From NCBI GenBank assembly GCA_963682135.1, contig OY821645.1, positions 1,632,001 through 1,696,000 on the forward strand: a stretch of DNA of 64,000 nucleotides, given 5' to 3'. Both the position numbers and the translations under genes were made by a program. The notes below the pieces were generated by a model, which made no database searches, was not told the origin of the DNA, and saw only the letters and a list, made by a program, of their open reading frames with translations. Shown here piece by piece: positions 51,869-60,651 of the stretch. Origin of the DNA: Methanothrix sp. (lineage in GTDB: Archaea; Halobacteriota; Methanosarcinia; Methanotrichales; Methanotrichaceae). Position 1 is the first letter of the stretch. Each line of letters opens with the position of its first letter.

Positions 51869-52357
51869 ATTAGAAGAGTAGCAATGTTCTTTGTGCTGGC
51901 TATGGCATTGGCTGCATTTGCGGCTCCTGCCTTGGCTCAGTCGGCAATGATTGGAAGCGGCGGCGTGGACATCCTCGGACAGGGCATATTTGAGACAGGT
52001 GCGGGTGCATTCAAATTCCCTGCTGCGGTCAACGCCAACTACGACTCTATTGATGTTGGAAATGATATGGCCCGGGCAATAGGAGCAGGAGTGGGCCCTG
52101 GAATCGGGCTTCTGGGTGCCAATTCCGGAGCAGTATCTGCAACCAACCATCTGAAGATCAAGAAGAATCAGGATACCGGCGACGCTCAGACATGTACCGC
52201 CTGCAGTCCCAAGTATAACATCGAGCAGGTCAAAGTCGGCAATAGAAATGCTTTGGCTATTGGTGCAGGTGTTGGCAGGACTTTCCTTGGAGCTGCCTTC
52301 AATGCCGGCGGTGTCTCTGCAACCAACGACGTTGAGATTGTGACCAACCAGCAGTAA
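51869..52357 (+). CDS. Secreted two-repeat beta-arch-like protein A2 (paralog of A1)
   Basis: Same GSGGVDILGxGIFET, VGN, ATN, KKNQD, CxxC and NQQ motifs with Gly/Ala-rich loops. Start probably ATT 51869 (ORF track uses ATG 51884). Confidence 0.8.
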   Translation: MRRVAMFFVLAMALAAFAAPALAQSAMIGSGGVDILGQGIFETGAGAFKFPAAVNANYDSIDVGNDMARAIGAGVGPGIGLLGANSGAVSATNHLKIKKNQDTGDAQTCTACSPKYNIEQVKVGNRNALAIGAGVGRTFLGAAFNAGGVSATNDVEIVTNQQ

Positions 52358-52387
52358 CTTCGGGGCAATCTGCCCGAGGGATGAAAT

Positions 52388-53068
52388 ATGAAAAAAATAC
52401 TGGGACCCACTGGCCGTCTGCTGGTGGGGGCCGTTTTTATTTGTCTTCTAATTTCGCAAAGTGTGGCCACGGCAGAATCGCCGCCCAATTTGCCTGATCT
52501 GCAAAAAGGACTGAAAGAGTCACAATACAGTCCATCCAGTCAGGGTCATCGCGAATGGGGGATAATGCAGCCTTATGCTTCCGACCTCAGGCCCGATCTC
52601 ATGCCCTCAAAAGAAAAAGTCACACTGGATGAATCGAATTCAAGTGAGCAGGTATCGCAGCTTACAGCAATGAATACTGCTAGAGAGAGAGATATCATTT
52701 ACAACGGCGAGCAGTATAAGGATTCAGATACGCACAGTCCAGCCAACTCCCTGGATATAGCTGTCACCGGGCAGGAGGAGACGAAGAGGTCTTTTCCAAA
52801 TGAAAATTGGGATGATAGCTATATCGACCAGATTGTTGATAGTGCTTTGAGCACCAGCATGGAAAGTGAGGGAAAAAATGGCCAGCCTGCAAGAATAAGT
52901 AGCCAATCACAACCACTGGGCAACAATCTGAATATTGATGTGAGCGGCATATCCGTTCGTGCTATAAACACCGTTCAAGGAGGCAGCGCCGTAGCAACTT
53001 CCAATATTATCATAAAACCGGTGCAGATCATCATCTGTCCCTCTGAGGTTGCGGAGAAGCTCCGATAA
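52388..53068 (+). CDS. Secreted partner protein B2 (paralog of B1)
   Basis: Near-identical C-terminus AINTVQGGSAVATSNIIIKPVQIIICPSEV; shared KEKVTLDESN...AMN...RDII block. Confidence 0.8.
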   Translation: MKKILGPTGRLLVGAVFICLLISQSVATAESPPNLPDLQKGLKESQYSPSSQGHREWGIMQPYASDLRPDLMPSKEKVTLDESNSSEQVSQLTAMNTARERDIIYNGEQYKDSDTHSPANSLDIAVTGQEETKRSFPNENWDDSYIDQIVDSALSTSMESEGKNGQPARISSQSQPLGNNLNIDVSGISVRAINTVQGGSAVATSNIIIKPVQIIICPSEVAEKLR

Positions 53069-53116
53069 GAGCCATCAAAAACTATAAGGGCATTTTGTTT
53101 CATTCCTTTTGCCGCT

Positions 53117-54472
53117 ATGACCGTCCAGAGACCAAGAGGCACAAGGGATTTCCTCCCCGAGGAGACTGAGAAGAGAGGACGGGCCAAGTTGGCCATGCAG
53201 GATGTTTTAGAGCGCTGGGGATACCAGGAGGTAGTTACTCCTACATTTGAGCATCTCGAGCTTTTTACCAAAAAATCGGGCGCATCAGTGGTAGAAGAGA
53301 TCTACAGCTTCGCGGATAAAGGGGGACGCGCTCTTGCCTTGCGCCCGGAGCTAACAGCACCAGTTATGCGCATGTATGTCTCCGAGATGCAAAATTCCCC
53401 CAAGCCGCAGAGGCTCTGGTATTTCGGCAACTGTTTTCGCTACGAGAGGCCCCAGAGAGGACGCTTTAGAGAGTTCTGGCAGATGGGTACAGAGCTGATC
53501 GGCGCAGCCAAGCCTGATTCCGAGGCGGAGGCCATTGCTCTGGCAGACGAGATGTTAAGGAGCGTGGGCGTGAGCGGAGATATTCACGTCGGCTACCTGG
53601 GGCTGATCCGATCCATTCTGGACAAGATCGATGTGCAGCATCGTCCTTCAGTCATGAGGATGATAGATAAAAAGGAGCGTTCCGCTCTTGCCGTTCTGCT
53701 GGAAGAGATAGAGCAGAGCCATCTGGGCCTCTTGGAACTGATCGATCTGAAGGGGCAAGACGCCCTGGATAAAGCTGCCGAGATAGTCCGGGAGCCGGGG
53801 GCGAAGCCGGAGAAGGCGTCCGCGTCTGATGCCGCCCCTGCTGGCGAGCCTGCGGCTGCAGCCTCATCCCCTGCGGGTCGCATCTCAGCCCGCCAGGGCA
53901 GGGCGGTAGGGGCAGAGCTGCGACTCGAAGAATTCCAGGAGACGGTGGATCTTCTAGGTGCCTACGGCATCAAATTCACCATCGACTTTGAGATCGTGCG
54001 AGGCCTCGAGTACTACTCCGGCACCGTCTTTGAGATCTATGCAGAGGGCTTAGGCGCACAAAGGCAAATCTGCGGCGGCGGAACCTATGAGCTCGCCAGC
54101 CTCTTCGGGGGCAAGGAGACCTCTAGCACGGGCTTCGGCCTGGGCTTCGACCGCATCATGGAGATTGTGCAGATGGAAGGGTCGCGCACACTCCCGGTAT
54201 TTTTAGCCTTTATGCCTGATGTCAAGGTGCAGGCAACAAAGATTGCCGGAATGCTGCGCAAAAGCGTTCCGCTGGTAATGGATGTCATGGGCCGAAGCCT
54301 GGGCGCGCAGCTAAAAGCAGCGGCCAGCGCGGGAGCGAAATTTGTGGTGATCGTGGGCAAGGACGAGCTGGATGCGGGCATGCTCACGCTGCGAAATATG
54401 GCCGGAGGAGAGCAGGAGAGCCTGACTTTGCCGGCGATTGAGGAACGTCTAAAAGAGCATTTTCAAAGATAA
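53117..54472 (+). CDS. hisS: Histidine-tRNA ligase
   Basis: PRGTRDF, LRPELTA, FRYERPQRGRFREFWQ, VRGLEYY, GGGTY, GLGFDR. Confidence 0.97.
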   Translation: MTVQRPRGTRDFLPEETEKRGRAKLAMQDVLERWGYQEVVTPTFEHLELFTKKSGASVVEEIYSFADKGGRALALRPELTAPVMRMYVSEMQNSPKPQRLWYFGNCFRYERPQRGRFREFWQMGTELIGAAKPDSEAEAIALADEMLRSVGVSGDIHVGYLGLIRSILDKIDVQHRPSVMRMIDKKERSALAVLLEEIEQSHLGLLELIDLKGQDALDKAAEIVREPGAKPEKASASDAAPAGEPAAAASSPAGRISARQGRAVGAELRLEEFQETVDLLGAYGIKFTIDFEIVRGLEYYSGTVFEIYAEGLGAQRQICGGGTYELASLFGGKETSSTGFGLGFDRIMEIVQMEGSRTLPVFLAFMPDVKVQATKIAGMLRKSVPLVMDVMGRSLGAQLKAAASAGAKFVVIVGKDELDAGMLTLRNMAGGEQESLTLPAIEERLKEHFQR

Positions 54473-54534
54473 TGGTCCGGCAAAGCTAAGGGGCCTTATC
54501 TCTCCAGAAGGCCGATCTTTTGCCATTTTTATGA

Positions 54535-54675
54535 TTATGTTAAGGTAGCAGATACGATTATCAGAACCAGGAATGTGAGGATCACCATCGAGAGAATGAT
54601 CAGGTCTGCGTATTTGCTTTTCAATAGTCCATCCACAAATGCAGTTGCATCATTCTGCTCGCTAACGTCAGACAA
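54535..54675 (-). CDS. 46-aa tail-anchored membrane peptide
   Basis: TATA-like TTTAAA, SD GGTGGGG, TTG start: MSDVSEQNDATAFVDGLLKSKYADLIILSMVILTFLVLIIVSATLT*. Confidence 0.55.
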   Translation of the reverse strand: MSDVSEQNDATAFVDGLLKSKYADLIILSMVILTFLVLIIVSATLT

Positions 54676-54781
54676 AGCCCCACCTTCATTATCTTTAATG
54701 AAACTTAGTTGGCGTTCTGACTTTAAATAATTTTTTGTTAAAGATTTATATATCTCAAATGGGTATCATAAAAAAGGTTGT

Positions 54782-55333
54782 CTAGAGCAGCCCCATGTTC
54801 TCGAGCTGCATGCGCACGATGTGCACGCCCTCCTCGCACTCAGCCGGTGATTTTCCGCCCGTTACCACCAGTTTTCCGGAGCTGAAAATGAGCACTACAA
54901 CCTTTGGCACCTTGATCCTATAGACCAACCCGGGAAACTGCTCCGGCTCGTACTCGATATTCTCCAGGCCCAGGCCCAGAGCAATGGCATTCAAGTTCAA
55001 GTCCGTCTTCAGATCAGCGGAGGCCACAATGTTCTGAACGTGGATCTCAGGTTCCAGATCGATGTTCTCAAAGCCAATGGACTTGAGGGTCTTGGCCATG
55101 TTGGTTATGACCGTGCGAACGTCCTCGACATTCTTGGCTCCGGTGCATACCACCTTGCCGGAAGTGAATATAAGAAAAGCAGCTCTCGGGGCTTTGACCC
55201 TGTAGACGAGGCCGGGAAACTTCTCCTTGTTATACTCAGCGCCCTCCAGTTCGGCCTCGATCTTGTGCAGGTCGAACGCTTCTGCCAGCTTGGTGGATGC
55301 CACCACGTTCTCAATATTAATTGTGGACTCCAT
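54782..55333 (-). CDS. tbp: TATA-box-binding protein
   Basis: Two repeats NVVAS...FPGLVYR...LIFTSGK / NIVAS...[12 protein letters not shown]...LIFSSGK. Confidence 0.98.
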   Translation of the reverse strand: MESTINIENVVASTKLAEAFDLHKIEAELEGAEYNKEKFPGLVYRVKAPRAAFLIFTSGKVVCTGAKNVEDVRTVITNMAKTLKSIGFENIDLEPEIHVQNIVASADLKTDLNLNAIALGLGLENIEYEPEQFPGLVYRIKVPKVVVLIFSSGKLVVTGGKSPAECEEGVHIVRMQLENMGLL

Positions 55334-55487
55334 GCTCAAGTATCTCCAGATTATCCCTTATAAACTGGGGGTATATAAACATGAGTATTTAAGATTTATA
55401 AACTGCTTATATATGGCTTATAAAGACGCTCTCTTCCCGGGAGAGAATTAAAAAAAATAAGCAGTCGGCATGATAGGTCAAACCCCA

Positions 55488-56366
55488 TCAATTATTGCTC
55501 TTCCACTTGAGCTTGTCTCCCTTCCACTTCACGACTCCGCTCTTCTCCAGCACCCTGGCCAGATCCTCGGCTACCTCATCACCATAGACGTTCAGGACGC
55601 TGCCCTCATCCTCCAAAGTCATATTGCATTCTTCGGCAAACTCTGCAAAATCCATCTTGCGGGATGTGGGTGAAGTGGCCAGCTTTTCGATCAGCAATCC
55701 CAGAACCTTAAGGCGCTGGGCTTCCGAGGGATATTCATCCCAAAACTCGTCATTCAGATCGCAGGCAAGAGGTGTGGTAAACTCATCGACAAAGATATTG
55801 ACGGACTTCTCCAGATAGAAATCAATATTGCAGTTCATCTTACCCTGCCTGGTTTCATAGTCATCCGGATCGACAGTAGTCTCAATTATTGGATCGTCCA
55901 GCTTATTCTCCACATTCTCGCCGATCTTTATGTCGTTTAGATCAAGGACCATATCGCAAAAGGTGCGGGCTTTCGCTATGCTGAGGGCGTTGTTCATCCA
56001 CTCATCCGAGCCGAATTTCAGAGATTCCGCTTCTTCCGGGGAGAGGCTTTCCGAATTAACAGATAACGCCAGGATTTTGTCTCGTTTCTCCATCATAAGC
56101 GGGTCCAACTCTTTCAAGAAAAGGTCCCCGAAATTCTCGGGCGTGGCCTGGGGCAGGACGCTTTTTAGTGCTGAAAGATAGCGTTCGAACTGGTCGATAT
56201 CCCCTTTCATCAGCTCTTTGAGGGCGCTCAGATTGTCCTTGATGGTGTAAGTTGTCTCATCTTCCATCACCAGGCAGGACCTAGTCTCCACCTTGAGGCC
56301 GGCTTTATCCAGAAATTCTTTGATCTCTTTGGCCGTCTCTTCATCATACTCTCCAAGATAGAACAT
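55488..56366 (-). CDS. Conserved acidic hypothetical protein
   Basis: 292-aa ORF, apparently leaderless after TATA-like TTTTAA. Confidence 0.75.
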   Translation of the reverse strand: MFYLGEYDEETAKEIKEFLDKAGLKVETRSCLVMEDETTYTIKDNLSALKELMKGDIDQFERYLSALKSVLPQATPENFGDLFLKELDPLMMEKRDKILALSVNSESLSPEEAESLKFGSDEWMNNALSIAKARTFCDMVLDLNDIKIGENVENKLDDPIIETTVDPDDYETRQGKMNCNIDFYLEKSVNIFVDEFTTPLACDLNDEFWDEYPSEAQRLKVLGLLIEKLATSPTSRKMDFAEFAEECNMTLEDEGSVLNVYGDEVAEDLARVLEKSGVVKWKGDKLKWKSNN

Positions 56367-56454
56367 AGTATTGAGTTGAATGATGTAGTGGGATTAAAAA
56401 GCTTTAGTTGCTCAATCTCAATTGCCGCGAACTCAGGTCGTCACTTGCATAGCT

Positions 56455-56680
56455 TTAGACCACTACTGCTTTGCTTTCCATTTCCAAGGGACGCACTCCC
56501 ATGAATTCATTGCAAACAAAGCCGTTCTCCCTGAGCACCATTTCCTGGGCACAGAGCTGAACTCTCTCCGGCTCGTAAGCTCCTTCCGGGATATCAGGCG
56601 CTTCCCCCCTCTTGTAGTCCACAGGAGTGACATGACCGCCATCGCCCTCCAATACATTGCTTTTGAGGATTATGAGGGCG
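56455..56680 (-). pseudogene. cas4: Orphan internal fragment of Cas4 (resembles the Cas4 part of Cas4-Cas1 fusions)
   Basis: VLEGDGGHVTPVDYKRGEAP...AYEPERVQLCAQ.MVLRENGF matches Cas4 motif III and the QLxxQ/Y segment; Fe-S cysteines absent. Confidence 0.7.
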
Positions 56681-56769
56681 ATGTTACGAAGATAGAGGGC
56701 TGTGCTCAAATTTGCTCAGCTATCCAGTTGAACAAGGCGATTTCGCTGCTCCTGGAAATATGAAATGAT

Positions 56770-56886
56770 ATGAAAGAGATGAAAAGCGATGGGAAAGCAG
56801 TGCGAAAGACCACCGAAGAGACCCTTGAAGAGATAAGCAGAAAGCGTGATGAGCGTAGCCATGTTAAGCGCCCGTCTGCCGCATGA
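56770..56886 (+). CDS. Possible 38-aa peptide
   Basis: MKEMKSDGKAVRKTTEETLEEISRKRDERSHVKRPSAA*; purine-rich, no homology recognised. Confidence 0.3.
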   Translation: MKEMKSDGKAVRKTTEETLEEISRKRDERSHVKRPSAA

Positions 56887-56904
56887 ACTCTCTTTTACTC
56901 CGTC

Positions 56905-57396
56905 TTATCCTTCCCCAAGGCCTTCAAGCGCCTCTTTCAGCTTCCTGTAAGTCGCCCCCAGCGCCTCAGATATCACCCTGGTGTCGGATAGCACGGGCAT
57001 GAAATTGGTATCCCCATTCCAGCGGGGCACAATGTGCAGATGGATGTGATCGGCAACCCCTGCTCCCCCCACCAGGCCCATGTTGATGCCCAGATTAAAG
57101 CCGTCCGGACGCATGGTCTTCTTGAGCAGCTCCACGCAAAGATCGGCGAGCTGCATCATCTCCTGCTGCTCCTCTGCCGCCCAGCCCGATAGAGTTGCCG
57201 TGTGCCGGTAGGGAACCACCATCATATGGCCGTTGTTGTAGGGAAAAGCATTGAGGATGATGAAATGATATTTGCCCCGGTAAAGAATATAGTTGTCTTC
57301 ATCATTCTTCTCAGCGGGCTTATCGCAGAATATGCAGCCCTTCGGCTTTACGCTTAAGATGTAATCGATTCTCCAGGGGGCCCATAAATTTTCCAT
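56905..57396 (-). CDS. HIT-family hydrolase (Ap4A phosphorylase-like)
   Basis: LWAPWR, CIFC, NAFPYNNGH, HIHLHIVPRW.GDTNF. Confidence 0.93.
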   Translation of the reverse strand: MENLWAPWRIDYILSVKPKGCIFCDKPAEKNDEDNYILYRGKYHFIILNAFPYNNGHMMVVPYRHTATLSGWAAEEQQEMMQLADLCVELLKKTMRPDGFNLGINMGLVGGAGVADHIHLHIVPRWNGDTNFMPVLSDTRVISEALGATYRKLKEALEGLGEG

Positions 57397-57397
57397 G

Positions 57398-58024
57398 TTA
57401 TTTCTCCTCAGACTTCGCCTCAGTCTGCCAGACCAGCGTTCTTCCCTGCACCCTGGGCTTTTCCTCTATAAACATCTTTATCGCCCTGGGGTAGGCTTTG
57501 TACTCCGCCCTCTGAATTCTGGCCTTGAGACTATCGTGGGTATCGCTCTCCAAAACGCGCACCGGCCTCTGGTAGACAATGGGGCCGTGGTCTACGTCCT
57601 CATCCACAATATGAACGGTCGTTCCCGTCCATTTTACGCCATAGGCCAGAGCCTGGGAAAAAGCATCCATACCCCTAAATGAAGGCAGAAGGGCGGGATG
57701 GATATTCAGAATCCTATCTTTGTAATAGCGAACGAATGTGGGCGACAAAATCCTCATGTAGCCCGTGAGAACTACCAGCTCTACTCCAACCGCATCCAGA
57801 TAGGCGATGAGCAACTTATCGTACTCCTCTCGACGCAGGTGCGCAGGATCGACAAAATGAGCGGGAACGCCATACTCCTTTGCGATCTGAAGAGCACCTG
57901 CATCCGGCTGATCGGTGAGAACTACCCCAACATGGGCAGGCAGCCGACCGCTGCGCTCTTCTTGCATAATGTAGCGCAAATTCTCTCCCCGACCCGAGGA
58001 TATGACGCCTATTGTGGTTGTCAA
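57398..58024 (-). CDS. purN: Phosphoribosylglycinamide formyltransferase
   Basis: SGRGENL, LTGYMRIL, NIHPALLPSFRG, GTTVH.VDEDVDHGPI. Confidence 0.95.
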   Translation of the reverse strand: MTTTIGVISSGRGENLRYIMQEERSGRLPAHVGVVLTDQPDAGALQIAKEYGVPAHFVDPAHLRREEYDKLLIAYLDAVGVELVVLTGYMRILSPTFVRYYKDRILNIHPALLPSFRGMDAFSQALAYGVKWTGTTVHIVDEDVDHGPIVYQRPVRVLESDTHDSLKARIQRAEYKAYPRAIKMFIEEKPRVQGRTLVWQTEAKSEEK

Positions 58025-58050
58025 GATGATTATCTCACTAGAGTTTTATT

Positions 58051-58326
58051 TTAATTGCATTTGCCAATGGTAATTTCAATTGCTGATACATTGGTCTCTC
58101 CCCGCTCTGTGTTGAGGATCTCCGTGGAAATACAGATGCCCTTCACAATGACATCCGACAAAAAGCGAGACCTTGAAACCTCTGCCACATCCACCGCCCG
58201 GGAGATGGCCTGGCCCCTGGCCATGATCCTGACATCCTTAGCGCCGTTGTTGAACTGTGTAACCACTGCCAGCACGTAGTTCATCACTGGCTTATTGCCG
58301 ACGAACACGACATCATTTTCAGCCAT
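58051..58326 (-). CDS. albA: DNA/RNA-binding protein Alba
   Basis: [15 protein letters not shown]...[14 protein letters not shown]...NVSAIEI. Confidence 0.96.
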   Translation of the reverse strand: MAENDVVFVGNKPVMNYVLAVVTQFNNGAKDVRIMARGQAISRAVDVAEVSRSRFLSDVIVKGICISTEILNTERGETNVSAIEITIGKCN

Positions 58327-58409
58327 TGGGTTATCACCTTGGATTTATTAAAGGTAATCAATCATTTCCTACATAAAGTTGCTGATTATGGATTCACAGG
58401 TATCTGCTT

Positions 58410-58982
58410 TCACAGGTATCTGCCTCGCGCCTTGATCTCCTTGACCCTCTGCAAGACAGAATCCGCCTGAGAATAGGTGCGGGTATACCCAGCCACAAAA
58501 GCCTCTATCAATTCTTGAGGCTGGTCGTGCGTGCTCTCCAGGGTCTGAAAGTAGACATGCACATCCACCCCCTGTGCTTCCACGGTTTTCTCGTAAAATG
58601 ACAGGCCGAAGTCGATGAGACATATCTTGCCGCGTGTGAATATCATATTGGAAGTGGTCAGATCCCCATGCACAATTCCACCCCGGTGCAGCTTTCCCAC
58701 CGTCTCCCCCACCATCTCGGATAGCTCCCGGTTGATCACATCCTTCAGCTTCTCTCCCACTACTCTCTCCATTCTGAGATCAAAGCGAGACACATCGCAA
58801 ATAATGGGCGTGAGAACCCCGTGCCTGCGGGCATCAGACATGATCCTTGCTTCTCGCAAGGTCCTCTCCTGCCGAATACGTTCATCGAGTGCCGGCTGCC
58901 GGTAGCTCTTGGCATGCCGCTCCTTCTTGACGATCCCATTTTCAAGAGTAATGACAGCTTCTGCGCCTCTGCCTATCTCCAT
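58410..58982 (-). CDS. bud32: KEOPS kinase Bud32
   Basis: GAEA, KSYR...RTLREA, HGDLTTSN, IDFGL, VDVHV, RGRY. Confidence 0.93.
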   Translation of the reverse strand: MEIGRGAEAVITLENGIVKKERHAKSYRQPALDERIRQERTLREARIMSDARRHGVLTPIICDVSRFDLRMERVVGEKLKDVINRELSEMVGETVGKLHRGGIVHGDLTTSNMIFTRGKICLIDFGLSFYEKTVEAQGVDVHVYFQTLESTHDQPQELIEAFVAGYTRTYSQADSVLQRVKEIKARGRYL

Positions 58983-60010
58983 AAATCCTCTTTTCTTTTC
59001 CAGGCATTGACAAGACCAATGCAGCCCGTAATCATCATATCCCCACCGGGAGATGCCGCCTTTGCGCCCTTCAGGGCACCGCTGCCAAGAAATGCCTGAC
59101 GACGCGGGCCGGTGACAAGAGTGGTCCCTATCTTGTCAGGAACGCTATCGATATAGGCCCCGTGGCCTCCATCCTCGAAGACTTCACTGCTCTTTAATGT
59201 TCCGTTGCACAGCTTTTCTGTAAACTCTGCCAGCTTTTCCGGAGATAGCTCCGAGGTGTGGTGCTCGAAGATGGCTGTGATCCGGCCCTCGGCCAGGAGG
59301 GCAGCCACAGTGTGGCCGTTTCCAAAATTTATAATGAGCGCCGGTGACTCGTCCGGCAAATCGAGAGCGGCACCAAATATCGCTGCCGGGCCGGTGTCCA
59401 TGAGAAGCGGCTTTATTCCTGCCCCCTCCAGAGCACCCTGCACGGCCAGCATCCTGGTCATGGCCGCCGGAGGCTGCCGGTAAGCGAAAGCCTCCAGTCT
59501 CCCGCCTGAGCGGATCGCATCAGTCAGATGCTCAAAGCGAACCAGACGATTTGACCGCTCTGGCGAAAAGCCATGATCCTGTACGGCCACAGCCATATCC
59601 GCGGGCAGAGCAATGTCGAAGATCTCCAGGGTATGGGCCAGCGCGGCAATGTCCACGTCTCCCGTTTCAATAATTTGCGCCCCCATGGGTGCCTCCTCTT
59701 GAATCGTGACGCCTAAGGCCGCTACGCGCTCCAAATTATCATTAATGGTTGCTGCAGCCGACGGCGCAGCATAGACTCTCAGTCCCGCAGCCAGATGCCA
59801 TCTTACCGCTGCAGTAGATGCCCCTCCGCCCATTGTCGGTCCGCGCAGAAATACATCCCTGCCGGCAAGACGGGCCCGGTTGATCCTGTTTCCCACAATC
59901 ACGGTTTGACTGGGCAAAACCATCTTGGTCGAGCCTTCCAATGACACTTCATCAGAGTAGAGCAGGATGTCCTGGGTGCCTGCCCCCACATCAATTGCCA
60001 AGAGCGACAT
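58973..60010 (-). CDS. DUF1786 family protein
   Basis: LAIDVGAGTQDIL, MGGG, AVQDHG, MDTGPAA, NFGNGHT, FEHHT, GGHG, GDMMITGC. Confidence 0.85.
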   Translation of the reverse strand: MSLLAIDVGAGTQDILLYSDEVSLEGSTKMVLPSQTVIVGNRINRARLAGRDVFLRGPTMGGGASTAAVRWHLAAGLRVYAAPSAAATINDNLERVAALGVTIQEEAPMGAQIIETGDVDIAALAHTLEIFDIALPADMAVAVQDHGFSPERSNRLVRFEHLTDAIRSGGRLEAFAYRQPPAAMTRMLAVQGALEGAGIKPLLMDTGPAAIFGAALDLPDESPALIINFGNGHTVAALLAEGRITAIFEHHTSELSPEKLAEFTEKLCNGTLKSSEVFEDGGHGAYIDSVPDKIGTTLVTGPRRQAFLGSGALKGAKAASPGGDMMITGCIGLVNAWKRKEDLWR

Positions 60011-60071
60011 AGATATCCCTTCATGGTTCCTTCATGGGAAAAATTTTATCCTAGGCTACAAAGGAAATAGC

Positions 60072-60545
60072 ATGATCATAGATGTAGTGGTCGCGAGCAC
60101 ATCCCGCTTTCAAAAGTTTGGAAGGGTGAAGTCTCCAGAAGAGGCAGAAGACCTATCCGGCAAGGTGATCTTGGAGATGATTAAAGCGGCAGGATTTACC
60201 GCCCGCTACTCTCTTTTACCGGACGGCTTTGTGCTGCGAGAGGCGGTAGAAAAGAGCAACGCAGATGCGATTATTATCTGTGGCGGCACCGGGCTTACTC
60301 ATCTGGACCTGACTCTGGAAGCCATTGAGCCACTCTTTGAAAAGACTCTTCCCGGATTTGGAGAGATCTTTCGCTACAAAAGCCTGGATGAGGTGGGCTC
60401 TCGCGCCATGCTCACCAGGGCTGCGGCAGGAGTCTATCATGGAAGACCGGTCTTCTGTCTGCCAGGATCGCCGGGCGCAGCGCGTCTGGGGCTGGATCTC
60501 ATCCTGAAAGAGATAGATCATATTATTGGGCATATAAGGGAATAA
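60072..60545 (+). CDS. moaB: MogA/MoaB molybdenum cofactor biosynthesis protein
   Basis: DLSG, GGTGL...D.T.EA, LPGFGEIFR, AMLTRA, LPGSP. Confidence 0.9.
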   Translation: MIIDVVVASTSRFQKFGRVKSPEEAEDLSGKVILEMIKAAGFTARYSLLPDGFVLREAVEKSNADAIIICGGTGLTHLDLTLEAIEPLFEKTLPGFGEIFRYKSLDEVGSRAMLTRAAAGVYHGRPVFCLPGSPGAARLGLDLILKEIDHIIGHIRE

Positions 60546-60651
60546 AATGAAAAAATAGTATTTATCTTATTAATTTACATTAAGCCGCAGTAGCCTTTTA
60601 TATCATTAGCACTCTGATAAGGATATAGAGCTATAGGGAGACGATTGGCCA

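Noticed and set aside
56400-56500. Possible degenerate CRISPR repeat beside the Cas4 fragment (TCAATTGCCGCG.., ..ATGGAAAG)
   Set aside because: Single copy, no repeat-spacer periodicity and only weak resemblance.
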